DNA of 29,156 nt. It comes from a virus (Duplodnaviria; Caudoviricetes). Location: IMG/VR virus record IMGVR_UViG_3300031939_000020, positions 1 to 29,156 of that record, one strand, 5' to 3'. A program made the translations under genes and the position numbers. The notes under the pieces were generated by a model. That model searched no databases. It was not told the origin of the DNA and saw only the letters and a program-made list of their open reading frames with translations. Of the stretch, positions 17,764-25,930 are shown piece after piece. Positions within the stretch are counted from its first letter, which is position 1. Each line of letters begins with the position of its first letter.

Positions 17764-18489
17764 CTAGCCTTTGAAAGTATCAAGCCGTGCCAAGATTTGC
17801 GTCATGGAAGCTTGGATTTGGGCAAATTGGGCCACGGAGCTTGCAAGCACCGGTGCCGGGCCAAGCGCCGTGAGGATTTGCATACTTTGCAAAGCGCCCA
17901 AGGTGTTGATGACCGCTTGCATCCCGTCATGAAGCACTTGCACCATCTCTTGAGCCTCATTGCTCAAGGTGACGCGTCCGTTCTTCTTGAGGCGCATCAC
18001 GGCCGCGCCGTTGCCCAAGACAAGATCCGTCCCGGTGTCCTTAGTCTGCTTTGAGGACGGCACAAGGCCGGGCAAAAATAACGCATCCGCTAGATGGTGG
18101 GCGCGGGTATCAAGAGGATCTACCACGCCCCCGGCACCGGCAAGCCACGCGTCAAGGCTCCGGTCCGCCACCAACACCAACCCGGTGTCCCCCACGGCGA
18201 GCGGCCATGAGGCGCGATAGGTTGCGCCTTGGGGCATGATGACCGGGACATCTTGCATGATGGGCATGTCACTAGGGGGGCGCCCGGCATAACGCACTTG
18301 CAAGGAGGGCTGAACACTTACGGTTTGGTCCGCTTGCACGGCGGTGATGGCCGCCGGGAAAGCCACCCGCAAGCCCTTGATGGCCGCGCCAATTTGGCGG
18401 CGCAACAAGCCCTCAAGGGGCAAGGTTTCCGGATCGGATTCCAAGGAGGCCGGATCGGAAAGCACCGTGACATCACCAAGAAAGGTCAT
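17764..18489 (-). CDS. Baseplate central spike, Gp138-like
   Basis: DVPVIMP..PLAVGDTGLVLVADRSLDAW..RAHHLADALFLPG OB-fold motif. Confidence 0.85.
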   Translation of the reverse strand: MTFLGDVTVLSDPASLESDPETLPLEGLLRRQIGAAIKGLRVAFPAAITAVQADQTVSVQPSLQVRYAGRPPSDMPIMQDVPVIMPQGATYRASWPLAVGDTGLVLVADRSLDAWLAGAGGVVDPLDTRAHHLADALFLPGLVPSSKQTKDTGTDLVLGNGAAVMRLKKNGRVTLSNEAQEMVQVLHDGMQAVINTLGALQSMQILTALGPAPVLASSVAQFAQIQASMTQILARLDTFKG

Positions 18490-19268
18490 TGCGTCACCTC
18501 AAGAGGGGGCGGCACCACCACCACCACCTTATCAACATCAATTTGCCGGGTGTTGCGGGCAAAGCGTTGCTCATCCACAAATGGAATTGACAAGGCGCTC
18601 AAGTATTCGTCATCCCGTATGCCCCAAATGAGGCCGGTGGCGTGAATTTCAGCGGTTGTTACCTGTTGCGCGGTGCCGCCCAAGGTGGCGGAAAGCTCAT
18701 GCAAGATGTTGAGCTTGTCCGTTTCCGTCAATTCATGTTGCGCCTCTTCATTCCAATTGACCGTGTAAGAGACGTCCGCGACAAGGGCGCTGGAAATCAT
18801 GGTGATCGTGTAGCCTTGAGATACCCGCTGGCGCACGGCATAGGCGCACGCATCAGACCGGTCCCCCAAGCTTTCCAAGATGGCCGCGTCCGTGATCTCA
18901 ACGATTGAGACGTTTTGCAAAGTGACGTCAATGTTTTGCACGTACTTATAGCGGGCGTTTTCCTTAATCATCCCCAAGACGCTTGCATCCAAGGATGAGG
19001 ATTGGCCTTGCATCTTCTTGAGCGTACCGGACGCGGTTTGGCTCATCACCAAGCTCACCTCCGGGCCCAAGGACGCTTGCGCATCACAAATCATCTTGGC
19101 CTCAAAGGGGTTGCGGCGGGTGATGGCCACAAGTGAGCCGGGCCGGAGCAAGCCGCTCGGGGGACGTATTTCCGTGTAGCCATACAGCCGCATAAAATCA
19201 GAGGCATGGGGGCAGCCGGTGTTGCCCATCACGCACGCCATGAGGACGGGGGCAAGCCACGGGCGCAT
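18486..19268 (-). CDS. Gasdermin-like protein with a signal/lipobox-like N-terminus (260 aa)
   Basis: C-x10-GY-x3-R-x-P-x5-P-x2-L, A-x-Y..NV, hydrophobic strand ITMISSAL and terminal LIWGIR occur in bacterial gasdermin order and spacing. Coupled to both neighbours (TGATG, ATGA). Confidence 0.6.
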   Translation of the reverse strand: MRPWLAPVLMACVMGNTGCPHASDFMRLYGYTEIRPPSGLLRPGSLVAITRRNPFEAKMICDAQASLGPEVSLVMSQTASGTLKKMQGQSSSLDASVLGMIKENARYKYVQNIDVTLQNVSIVEITDAAILESLGDRSDACAYAVRQRVSQGYTITMISSALVADVSYTVNWNEEAQHELTETDKLNILHELSATLGGTAQQVTTAEIHATGLIWGIRDDEYLSALSIPFVDEQRFARNTRQIDVDKVVVVVPPPLEVTQ

Positions 19269-20179
19269 CAGATCAACCCCGGAAGAACGGCTTGGTCATA
19301 GGCAAAGCCTTGGGCGACGCCTTGGGCGGCCACGGTGGTGGTGCGCACGCCCTCACAAGCCACCGCCCACTTATCCCCATGGGTATCACCGGCCATCTTG
19401 CATGACCGGATCTTGAAATAGCCGGACGTGTTGGTGTTGGCGGTGATAAGTTGGACCATTTGGCCCGGCACAAGCCGTGGGTTAAGCATGGCCTCAAAGC
19501 TTACGCTTGTTTGCGCCACGGATGGCACGCCCAAGAGGCCGCTACGCGGGGTGAGCACAATGGCCGCCGTGCCGAGCGTAGCCGACTTGGGCAAAATGTT
19601 GAGCTTGCCATTGCTCACTTGAGATTCAAGGCCGTAGGGCGTGAGCAAGGTTTCCAAAATGTCCCGGCATAGGCCGTGGGCCACAAAGCCGCGCCCAAAT
19701 TTCTTGTCCGGCAAGCCCATCACCGTTCCGGGCAAGACATCCATGGCCTTGGCCACGTCTGAAAGCACCGTAGCAAGAGCCGTCCCCTTGGGGTAGGACC
19801 GGTCAAAAGGGCTGTAAAGAAGCGCCTTGAGGCCGTCTATGACGTCCAAGGTGGTGACAATATCCGGGCCTTGGCGCTGCGACGTGGCTTTGAAGACGGT
19901 GCCGCTGATGAGCACGCCCATGAGGCCAAGATAGCCCGCTGAAAGACTGACTTGATAGCCGCGCACAAGGGACGTGCGGAGCTTTTGATTGACGTTGAAG
20001 AGGGTAATGGTGCCTTTGTTGGCCGCCCCTTGGGCAATCTTGGTGATATCAAAGGCCACATGCAAGGCGGTGGGGCTTTGCACCGTGTTGCCAAACCGCA
20101 AGCCTTGGCCGCCGGTGGCCGGGCCCACCTTGAGATCATAAGCCCGGCCGTAAAGAAGCTGGTGCGCGGCGGTGAGCAT
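19268..20179 (-). CDS. Baseplate hub protein (gp27/gpD-like)
   Basis: FDITK..ITLFNVN..LSAGY..GLLGVP..MLNPRL..GDTHGDKW pattern. Confidence 0.85.
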   Translation of the reverse strand: MLTAAHQLLYGRAYDLKVGPATGGQGLRFGNTVQSPTALHVAFDITKIAQGAANKGTITLFNVNQKLRTSLVRGYQVSLSAGYLGLMGVLISGTVFKATSQRQGPDIVTTLDVIDGLKALLYSPFDRSYPKGTALATVLSDVAKAMDVLPGTVMGLPDKKFGRGFVAHGLCRDILETLLTPYGLESQVSNGKLNILPKSATLGTAAIVLTPRSGLLGVPSVAQTSVSFEAMLNPRLVPGQMVQLITANTNTSGYFKIRSCKMAGDTHGDKWAVACEGVRTTTVAAQGVAQGFAYDQAVLPGLI

Positions 20180-20367
20180 CAGTAATGCTCACGGGCAATG
20201 TTGCTTGAATGGGTGATGATCTCACGGTCCTCAAAAACCGCGCACCGCAAGCATTGGCGGATGTACTTGTTATCATCCACATAAAGCCACGGGCCCATCC
20301 GGTGATCACAAATCCGGCGTCTTAGGCTAAAGAACGCGCAAAGCCTTTCGAAGAATCGCTTGAGCAT
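20179..20367 (-). CDS. Small Cys/His protein (62 aa), putative Zn ribbon
   Basis: GGAG SD before ATG 20367. MLKRFFERLCAFF..CDHRMGPW..RQCLRC. TGATG coupling to the hub gene. Confidence 0.6.
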   Translation of the reverse strand: MLKRFFERLCAFFSLRRRICDHRMGPWLYVDDNKYIRQCLRCAVFEDREIITHSSNIAREHY

Positions 20368-20368
20368 G

Positions 20369-20689
20369 TCAAATCTCCACATAGTAAAGGGAGTGATCCA
20401 AAAGGAAAGAGCCCAAGCCCGGCTCCGTGCCATCACCGGTGTCATCAAGGCAAACAAAAGCGCCGGAGGGGATGTTAAGGGTATGGTAAGCCCGCGTAAG
20501 ATCCCGGCGGATGAGTAGCGGGATACTCATCAAGAGCGGTGTGTTGGCAATGTCATAGATGTTTAGCGTCCAAGTGCCACGGCGCGTGTTGAAAGCAAGC
20601 TCTAGGTTATAGGTCACCTGCCCCAAGGCAATTTGCAGCGTGTACCACGGGGCGCTTTGATCAAGAGGGATGCGGACATAGCTTGCCAT
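20369..20689 (-). CDS. Baseplate plug-like small protein
   Basis: IPL..YNLELAFNTR..WTLNIYD..LYY pattern. Position after the Dit-like gene. Confidence 0.75.
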   Translation of the reverse strand: MASYVRIPLDQSAPWYTLQIALGQVTYNLELAFNTRRGTWTLNIYDIANTPLLMSIPLLIRRDLTRAYHTLNIPSGAFVCLDDTGDGTEPGLGSFLLDHSLYYVEI

Positions 20690-20690
20690 G

Positions 20691-21509
20691 TTAGGGCCTC
20701 ACGGTGCCAAGCAACCGGTCCCCGATGCTTGCAATTGGATCATAGGTGCTCTTGAATCCGGCCTTGGCCGCCTCAACGATCTCATTGCCATCAGCGTCTT
20801 GCGCGCCCGCATCAATGCGCTCGGCCGCAAGCGCGGCGTTGGACAAGGACGCAAGGTTAACAACCTGTGGTGCCACACGGACCATGTGCATCAGATCCAC
20901 CGTCACCACTAGCTGCCCGTCCGTTGAGGCGTCAACCGGGAAGGTCAAATTGGTGATGATCATGTCACTATAGCGGCCATACTTTGTGAGGACCGTGATC
21001 GGCACCGGCGGCGTTGGGGGGCTTGCGTTGGGGTTGCCCCGCATCAGCGCCATGAGGATGCTATAGGCGGTTTTGCTCCGCTTGGTGTCTTGTTGGCCGG
21101 TTTGATAGATGGCAAAGGCCGTTGAGGCCACGGTCACCCCGAGCGGGGGGAGCAACGTGGTGGCCGCCGCCCCTAGGGTTTGGGTCAACGTGTCCTTGAG
21201 GGTTTCCGGCAAGGGCGTGTCACTGATGACGCCGGTGAGGCTTAGGGTGATGGGGTTGAGCACCACATGGTCACTCACCACGCTACCGTCCTCAACCGGA
21301 AACATGGTGGGTTGGGCGGAGGCTTGATGGGCCTCATTGATGCACGCATCAAAGGCAAGCACGGTGCCAAGGCCGGGCTTAATGAATTGCACCCGGCTAG
21401 GCTGCCCCTCGAGCTGGCTTAAGAGGCCGGTTTGTTGCGCAAGGCCCGCCGCCACGCCGGTGACGTTGATGATGGTGCCATTAAGGGCGTTGTTGTTAAG
21501 ACCGGCCAT
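20691..21509 (-). CDS. Dit-like baseplate / tube initiator protein
   Basis: FDACINEAH..PTMFPVEDGSVVSDHVVLNP.TLSLTGVISDTP. Follows the tape measure gene. Confidence 0.8.
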   Translation of the reverse strand: MAGLNNNALNGTIINVTGVAAGLAQQTGLLSQLEGQPSRVQFIKPGLGTVLAFDACINEAHQASAQPTMFPVEDGSVVSDHVVLNPITLSLTGVISDTPLPETLKDTLTQTLGAAATTLLPPLGVTVASTAFAIYQTGQQDTKRSKTAYSILMALMRGNPNASPPTPPVPITVLTKYGRYSDMIITNLTFPVDASTDGQLVVTVDLMHMVRVAPQVVNLASLSNAALAAERIDAGAQDADGNEIVEAAKAGFKSTYDPIASIGDRLLGTVRP

Positions 21510-23113
21510 CAGTAGAGCATCCCGGAAGCGGCGTCCGCTTGAGCGTAGCGCAATACGGAATTGACGCCCTCATGCACGCCCTCCTTGACCGCCTTGAGGA
21601 CGGGCGCGCTGTTGGCGTCACCTTGGATATTGACGGTGATAGGGGTGTTGACCGTTGGGGCTTGCGCCAAGCGCGTCACGGTGGCGGGCGCAACAGAGGC
21701 GGGCGCGGGCGCGTTGCCTTGTTGCATGGGCCCGGACGTCCGATCCATCAAGTAGCCCAAGGCGGCTGAATCCGGCGCATTGCCGCTCGCGCCGCTACTG
21801 ATGGGCCCTTTTTTGAAAGCGCGCATGTCTGCAAACTTACTTGGCGCACCGGCCACCGCGCTAATGGCTTGGCCAAGCCATGTCTCTGAAAAGCTTTTGC
21901 CAAAAAGAAGCTGGAAGAGCTTGTTGCCCGCATCATAAAGGCTTGTGATTGCGGTAACAATGACGTCCGTGGGCGCCTTGGCGATCTCATAAATAAGCTT
22001 GGCGATGCTCTCAAGAGCTTCTTCCCACTTTGAAAAGTCAAAGGGATGGGTTAGCAGATCGCTAACCTTCATCACGGCGTCACCCACGGCGCGCATCAGC
22101 CGGTCCAAGCTATTTAGCGCCGACTCAAAAACATCCGTGAGCACCCCGGATAGGCTTAGCGCCGTGGCATAAAGCGCGGCAAAAAGAGGGGTAAGGATCT
22201 TGCCGATGGTCTTGAAATCCTCACCCAACCGCTTGAAGACGCCGGACGTCTTGCCCCAATCCATAAACCGGCGCACCAAAAGGGACACGTCATGGGCCAC
22301 ACCGGCAATCACTCCGGCCACCGCGCCCAAGTAATAGGCTACTTTCTTGGCCCACTCCTTGAAATCAGCGCGCACCAAGCCTTGATTGGTGAACACCCAT
22401 TTGGTGATGGCCTTGATGCCGGTGGTAAGCGCCGGGGCGAGCTGCGCGGCCACGTTGCGCGCAAGCGCCATGGCTTGGGCCCGTAGCCCGGTAAGGGCTT
22501 GCTCCGTCCTAGCCAACGCATCAAGATTCTTGGTGCCTACGGCGGCGGCGGACGCTTCCGCACTATGGCTTAATTCACGGAGGCCACCGGACGTGGCCGC
22601 CAAGGACGCAAGGAGGCGCGGGCCTTGGTCCCCCAAAAGCTCTTGGGCGCTTGTGGCCCGGCGCACCGGATCCTGAATGGCATTGAGGCTTTTGCCTACG
22701 GCATAAAGAGCATCTTCCGCATTTCTAAATGAGCCGATTTGCTCGGCGGGCACCCCCGCATAAGCAAACGCGAGCGCCGCTTGCTCCGATCCTAGGCGTG
22801 CGTCTTGCAAGTGCTTGTTAAGAGACTTGAGGGTGCTACCCATGGCCTCTTGTGAAACACCGGCTTGCCCCGCCGCGTAGGTGAGCTTTTGAAATTCCTC
22901 CGCCGTCAATCCGGCGGCGGCGGCTGAATTGCGCAAATCAAGCGCAAAATTGCCAAAACTATCCGTAAGGGACGCCAAGCCCTTAAGCGCCTCAATGCCA
23001 ACAAGGACATTGAGGCGGGACCGGATCCCCTCAATGGCCTTGCCAACCTTATCTAAAGGCTTGGTGTCCGTTTGAAAGGAAAGCTTGGTGATCAATTCCC
23101 GTAAGGTTGGCAC
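21509..23113 (-). CDS. Tape measure protein (534 aa)
   Basis: LRELITKLSF start, Ala-rich helical composition, hydrophobic mid segments. Position after the chaperones. Confidence 0.88.
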   Translation of the reverse strand: MPTLRELITKLSFQTDTKPLDKVGKAIEGIRSRLNVLVGIEALKGLASLTDSFGNFALDLRNSAAAAGLTAEEFQKLTYAAGQAGVSQEAMGSTLKSLNKHLQDARLGSEQAALAFAYAGVPAEQIGSFRNAEDALYAVGKSLNAIQDPVRRATSAQELLGDQGPRLLASLAATSGGLRELSHSAEASAAAVGTKNLDALARTEQALTGLRAQAMALARNVAAQLAPALTTGIKAITKWVFTNQGLVRADFKEWAKKVAYYLGAVAGVIAGVAHDVSLLVRRFMDWGKTSGVFKRLGEDFKTIGKILTPLFAALYATALSLSGVLTDVFESALNSLDRLMRAVGDAVMKVSDLLTHPFDFSKWEEALESIAKLIYEIAKAPTDVIVTAITSLYDAGNKLFQLLFGKSFSETWLGQAISAVAGAPSKFADMRAFKKGPISSGASGNAPDSAALGYLMDRTSGPMQQGNAPAPASVAPATVTRLAQAPTVNTPITVNIQGDANSAPVLKAVKEGVHEGVNSVLRYAQADAASGMLY

Positions 23114-23355
23114 TACCTGCCCCCTTGCTTGGCTTGCGCCTCAAGCATGGCTTGCCTCTCGGCGTCCTCGCGCATGTCCAAGATCTCATGGGCATCACTT
23201 AGGGCGTCAATTGTCCACTCCCTCTTGATTTCCATCAACGATCCCCACCCCGCCACCACGGGACGCCAATACCACCAATTGAAATTTACGACTGGCTTGG
23301 TGTCACTTTTGCCGCCGACGGCCCTAGGAGGCCTAGGGATTTGGCGGCGGCGATA
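23113..23355 (-). CDS. -1 frameshifted extension of the tail assembly chaperone (gpGT-like, +80 aa)
   Basis: The -1 frame reads YRRRQ..NWWYWRPVVAGWGSLMEIKREWTIDALSDAHEILD..QGGR*. Its TAG overlaps the TMP GTG. Confidence 0.8.
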   Translation of the reverse strand, partial: YRRRQIPRPPRAVGGKSDTKPVVNFNWWYWRPVVAGWGSLMEIKREWTIDALSDAHEILDMREDAERQAMLEAQAKQGGR

Positions 23356-23759
23356 AAATTTCCGTATTGCACCTCTAGCTGCGCCTTGGCTACGGCAAAG
23401 CTTAGGGGCAACCGGTCCTTATAAAACGCCTTGAAATCAACCGGCACGTCATTGCAAAGCACGCGGTCACTTGAAAGCTTCTTGAGGATGCGCTTGGTCA
23501 AATCCTTGTTGCGCGTAAGCCCCAAGGTGAGCTGGCGGAAGAGGCTTTCCAAGGAGGCGCTGCCCACGTCTTGGTCCGCACCGCCGCCGGTAAGCACACT
23601 CAAGAGGCCGCCCATGGATTCACCCACCACGGAAATGATATCAAGCAAGGTGTCCGTGGCCTCTTCAGCGCCCCACTTTTGAAACGTGAAGGTCTTGTCA
23701 CCCTCTTCCGTGTTCAATGTCACCTCATAAAGACCGCGATCATTTTTGATGACATCCAT
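23286..23759 (-). CDS. Tail assembly chaperone (gpG-like)
   Basis: Between tube and TMP. Ends in YGNF carrying the slippery site. Confidence 0.85.
   Translation of the reverse strand: MDVIKNDRGLYEVTLNTEEGDKTFTFQKWGAEEATDTLLDIISVVGESMGGLLSVLTGGGADQDVGSASLESLFRQLTLGLTRNKDLTKRILKKLSSDRVLCNDVPVDFKAFYKDRLPLSFAVAKAQLEVQYGNFIAAAKSLGLLGPSAAKVTPSQS
23311..23361 (-). promoter_or_regulatory. Programmed -1 frameshift signal: A AAT TTT plus downstream stem-loop
   Basis: In-frame X XXY YYZ heptamer at 23361-23355, followed by GCCGCCG..CCCTAGG-CCT-CCTAGGG..CGGCGGC. Confidence 0.8.
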
Positions 23760-24193
23760 TAGCCGTTACCGCCAACATTCATAGCGAGCACGGCCACCTC
23801 AAAGGTCCACTGGCGGCCCAAGACGCCGTTGCCAAATTCCATGGTGGCGGGCTGTACGATCCAAGCGGACGCGCCGCTTGCAACGGACGTACCGCTACCA
23901 TCACGCATCATGATGGGGAAATTGCCCTTGCCGGTTTGCTCATCCGCATTGAAGAGCGCCGTCAAGTCATCATTGGAAGGGGAGGACATATCCAAGGTGA
24001 TGGTGATCTCACCGCGCTTGTCCAAGCTCTTGGCCCGCGTCACGAATCCATCGCTACCCACCGTGGTGCTCCACGTAGGGGTTTTGCGTGAGATGGTGAT
24101 CATGGTGTCTTGAGCGTAGCCCGTGATGATGAGGGAGCCTACGGTAAGGGAAACCTCACCGGGATTGTATGTGGCGAAATTAGGCTGTGCCAT
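23759..24193 (-). CDS. Tail tube protein (DUF3277-like)
   Basis: TYNP.EV..ITGYA..VGSDG..ITITL..SPSN..RQWTF. GGAGG SD. Confidence 0.88.
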   Translation of the reverse strand: MAQPNFATYNPGEVSLTVGSLIITGYAQDTMITISRKTPTWSTTVGSDGFVTRAKSLDKRGEITITLDMSSPSNDDLTALFNADEQTGKGNFPIMMRDGSGTSVASGASAWIVQPATMEFGNGVLGRQWTFEVAVLAMNVGGNG

Positions 24194-24231
24194 TGTCTTG
24201 TGCCTCCGGTTGAAACGTTACGCTTGCGTTC

Positions 24232-25296
24232 TTAGACGCTCACTTGGCCCTTGATGATGATTGAAGAAATCGCGCCCTGTAGCCGCCCGCCAAAATAGAT
24301 GTTGGGGGAGATGCGCTCCGCCCGCTGATTGACGGAAACGGAATCAACGGAATCCGCTTTGACATAGATCGGATATTCCGGATCCTGCCCGTCAAGAAGA
24401 CCGTTGGCCTCCGCCGTGCGGAGCACGCCGTTGATCACACTCATCAAGGACGTCACGCCCGCGTTGGTGTAAGGGATCTTGGGGCTGTTGACCAATTGAC
24501 CATAAATGGCGCTCTGGATGTTGGCGGTGAGCCAATCAATGCCAATGGTCAAGTCAAAGTAGCGTCCCGAGGAGGCCATGCCCGGAAAGGTGATGTTAGC
24601 GCCGCCAAGGTTTTGATAGACGTTGACGTTCTTACCGGCCACGCCCGCAACAGGCACGCCGTAAAGGATGGTCTGTTGATTGCCGGAAAGGGCGTCAACG
24701 GTCACGCCCGGCAAGGTCTTATAGGCCCAATTGTTGCTTCCGGGGGTTTGGGGTAGCTGGCTACCCATCCAAGCCGCTTCCAAGACGCCGCTTGGATTCT
24801 TCTTGGTGAAGCAAATGCCGGTGCGGTTATAACCCGCCTCTTTCAATTGGCTTGCCAAATCCTCATCACCGGATTGCGCAATTGCGTCATCACCGGAGGA
24901 CACGATCATAAGCTTGGTCAAGCTTTCAATGGTCGCAGCCGCGTCAAGAATGTCTTGGGTGGGCAAGCCCGCCAAGATAACGCCATAGGCATTGTCATTC
25001 TCATTGAAGATGTTGGTGAGATCGGTGGCCATGCTTCCGGCCGTGCGGCGCCCCACGCAAAATTGGGTGGGGGCGGTGGTACCGGCGTACATGGCCACGG
25101 CGGCCTTATACTCCGGCGCATCCGTGGTGAATCCATCCCCAAGGAGATCCGCCGGTCCGGTGTAAGAGCGGACCATATCCGTGGCCCAACCTGGATCGGT
25201 TGCGCCCACAATGAGGGGGATGCCGAAGCTTGCCACGCTCACCGCTTGGGTTTGTTGGGTGACGGTAATGTTGATGAGATTGTCTATGGCTGCCAT
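24232..25296 (-). CDS. Tail sheath protein (DUF3383-like, compact, 354 aa)
   Basis: FGIPLIVG, PGSNNWAYKTLPGV, G.YFD..GIDWL, KIPYTNAG and LQGAI motifs. Confidence 0.9.
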   Translation of the reverse strand: MAAIDNLINITVTQQTQAVSVASFGIPLIVGATDPGWATDMVRSYTGPADLLGDGFTTDAPEYKAAVAMYAGTTAPTQFCVGRRTAGSMATDLTNIFNENDNAYGVILAGLPTQDILDAAATIESLTKLMIVSSGDDAIAQSGDEDLASQLKEAGYNRTGICFTKKNPSGVLEAAWMGSQLPQTPGSNNWAYKTLPGVTVDALSGNQQTILYGVPVAGVAGKNVNVYQNLGGANITFPGMASSGRYFDLTIGIDWLTANIQSAIYGQLVNSPKIPYTNAGVTSLMSVINGVLRTAEANGLLDGQDPEYPIYVKADSVDSVSVNQRAERISPNIYFGGRLQGAISSIIIKGQVSV

Positions 25297-25326
25297 CGGA
25301 CACGCCCCTTTGCTTTTCAATGCCGG

Positions 25327-25878
25327 TTAGAGAGTAAGAACGCCTTGCGCGGTGACGTCACCCACAAGAGGCACGCCTTGAATGTCGCCCACGGCCACGG
25401 TTGACACAATCCGTGTCCACATTTCAAATTCCACCATTGCTCGCCCCTCAAATCCGGTGTTCATGAGGCTTGTGAGATCGGTGACGTCTTGCACCGTCCA
25501 AACGGCAAACCCCGCTTTGCGCAAGCTTGCAAGCACGTCCTCACGGTAGAGGCTTGCTTGAAACGTGGTGGCCAAGCCATACGCATCATCTTGGCTATTG
25601 CCATGGAAGGTCAAGTCAATGGCCAAGCCCCGATACCCGCTGATGGTGATGGATTCATTGCCCTCAACGTCATGAAATACGGTGCTATCCCTAAAGGCGG
25701 TGCGCATGGCGGCCATACGCACCATAAAGGATGCATAGGGGCGCGGCGGAGGCGGTTGCACGGGCCCTTGAGCTTGCGCCCGCACAATGCGGTTGTTGGC
25801 AAGACCGGTCCCTAGGACAATCGCGGCCACCAATGCCTTGCGGGCGTTGACGTAATCAATGGCGAAGGGGACGAACAT
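25327..25878 (-). CDS. Tail terminator / neck protein
   Basis: PPRPYAS..DLTSL..FEGRA pattern. Position before the sheath. Confidence 0.75.
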   Translation of the reverse strand: MFVPFAIDYVNARKALVAAIVLGTGLANNRIVRAQAQGPVQPPPPRPYASFMVRMAAMRTAFRDSTVFHDVEGNESITISGYRGLAIDLTFHGNSQDDAYGLATTFQASLYREDVLASLRKAGFAVWTVQDVTDLTSLMNTGFEGRAMVEFEMWTRIVSTVAVGDIQGVPLVGDVTAQGVLTL

Positions 25879-25930
25879 TAGAAGAATCTAACAAAAATCA
25901 TGGGCCGCCCCCACAAACTCATCAAAAAAG

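Noticed and set aside
12442-25296. Tailocin or extracellular contractile injection system carrying a toxin
   Set aside because: Capsid, head-tail adaptor, neck and replication genes are present, indicating a real phage.
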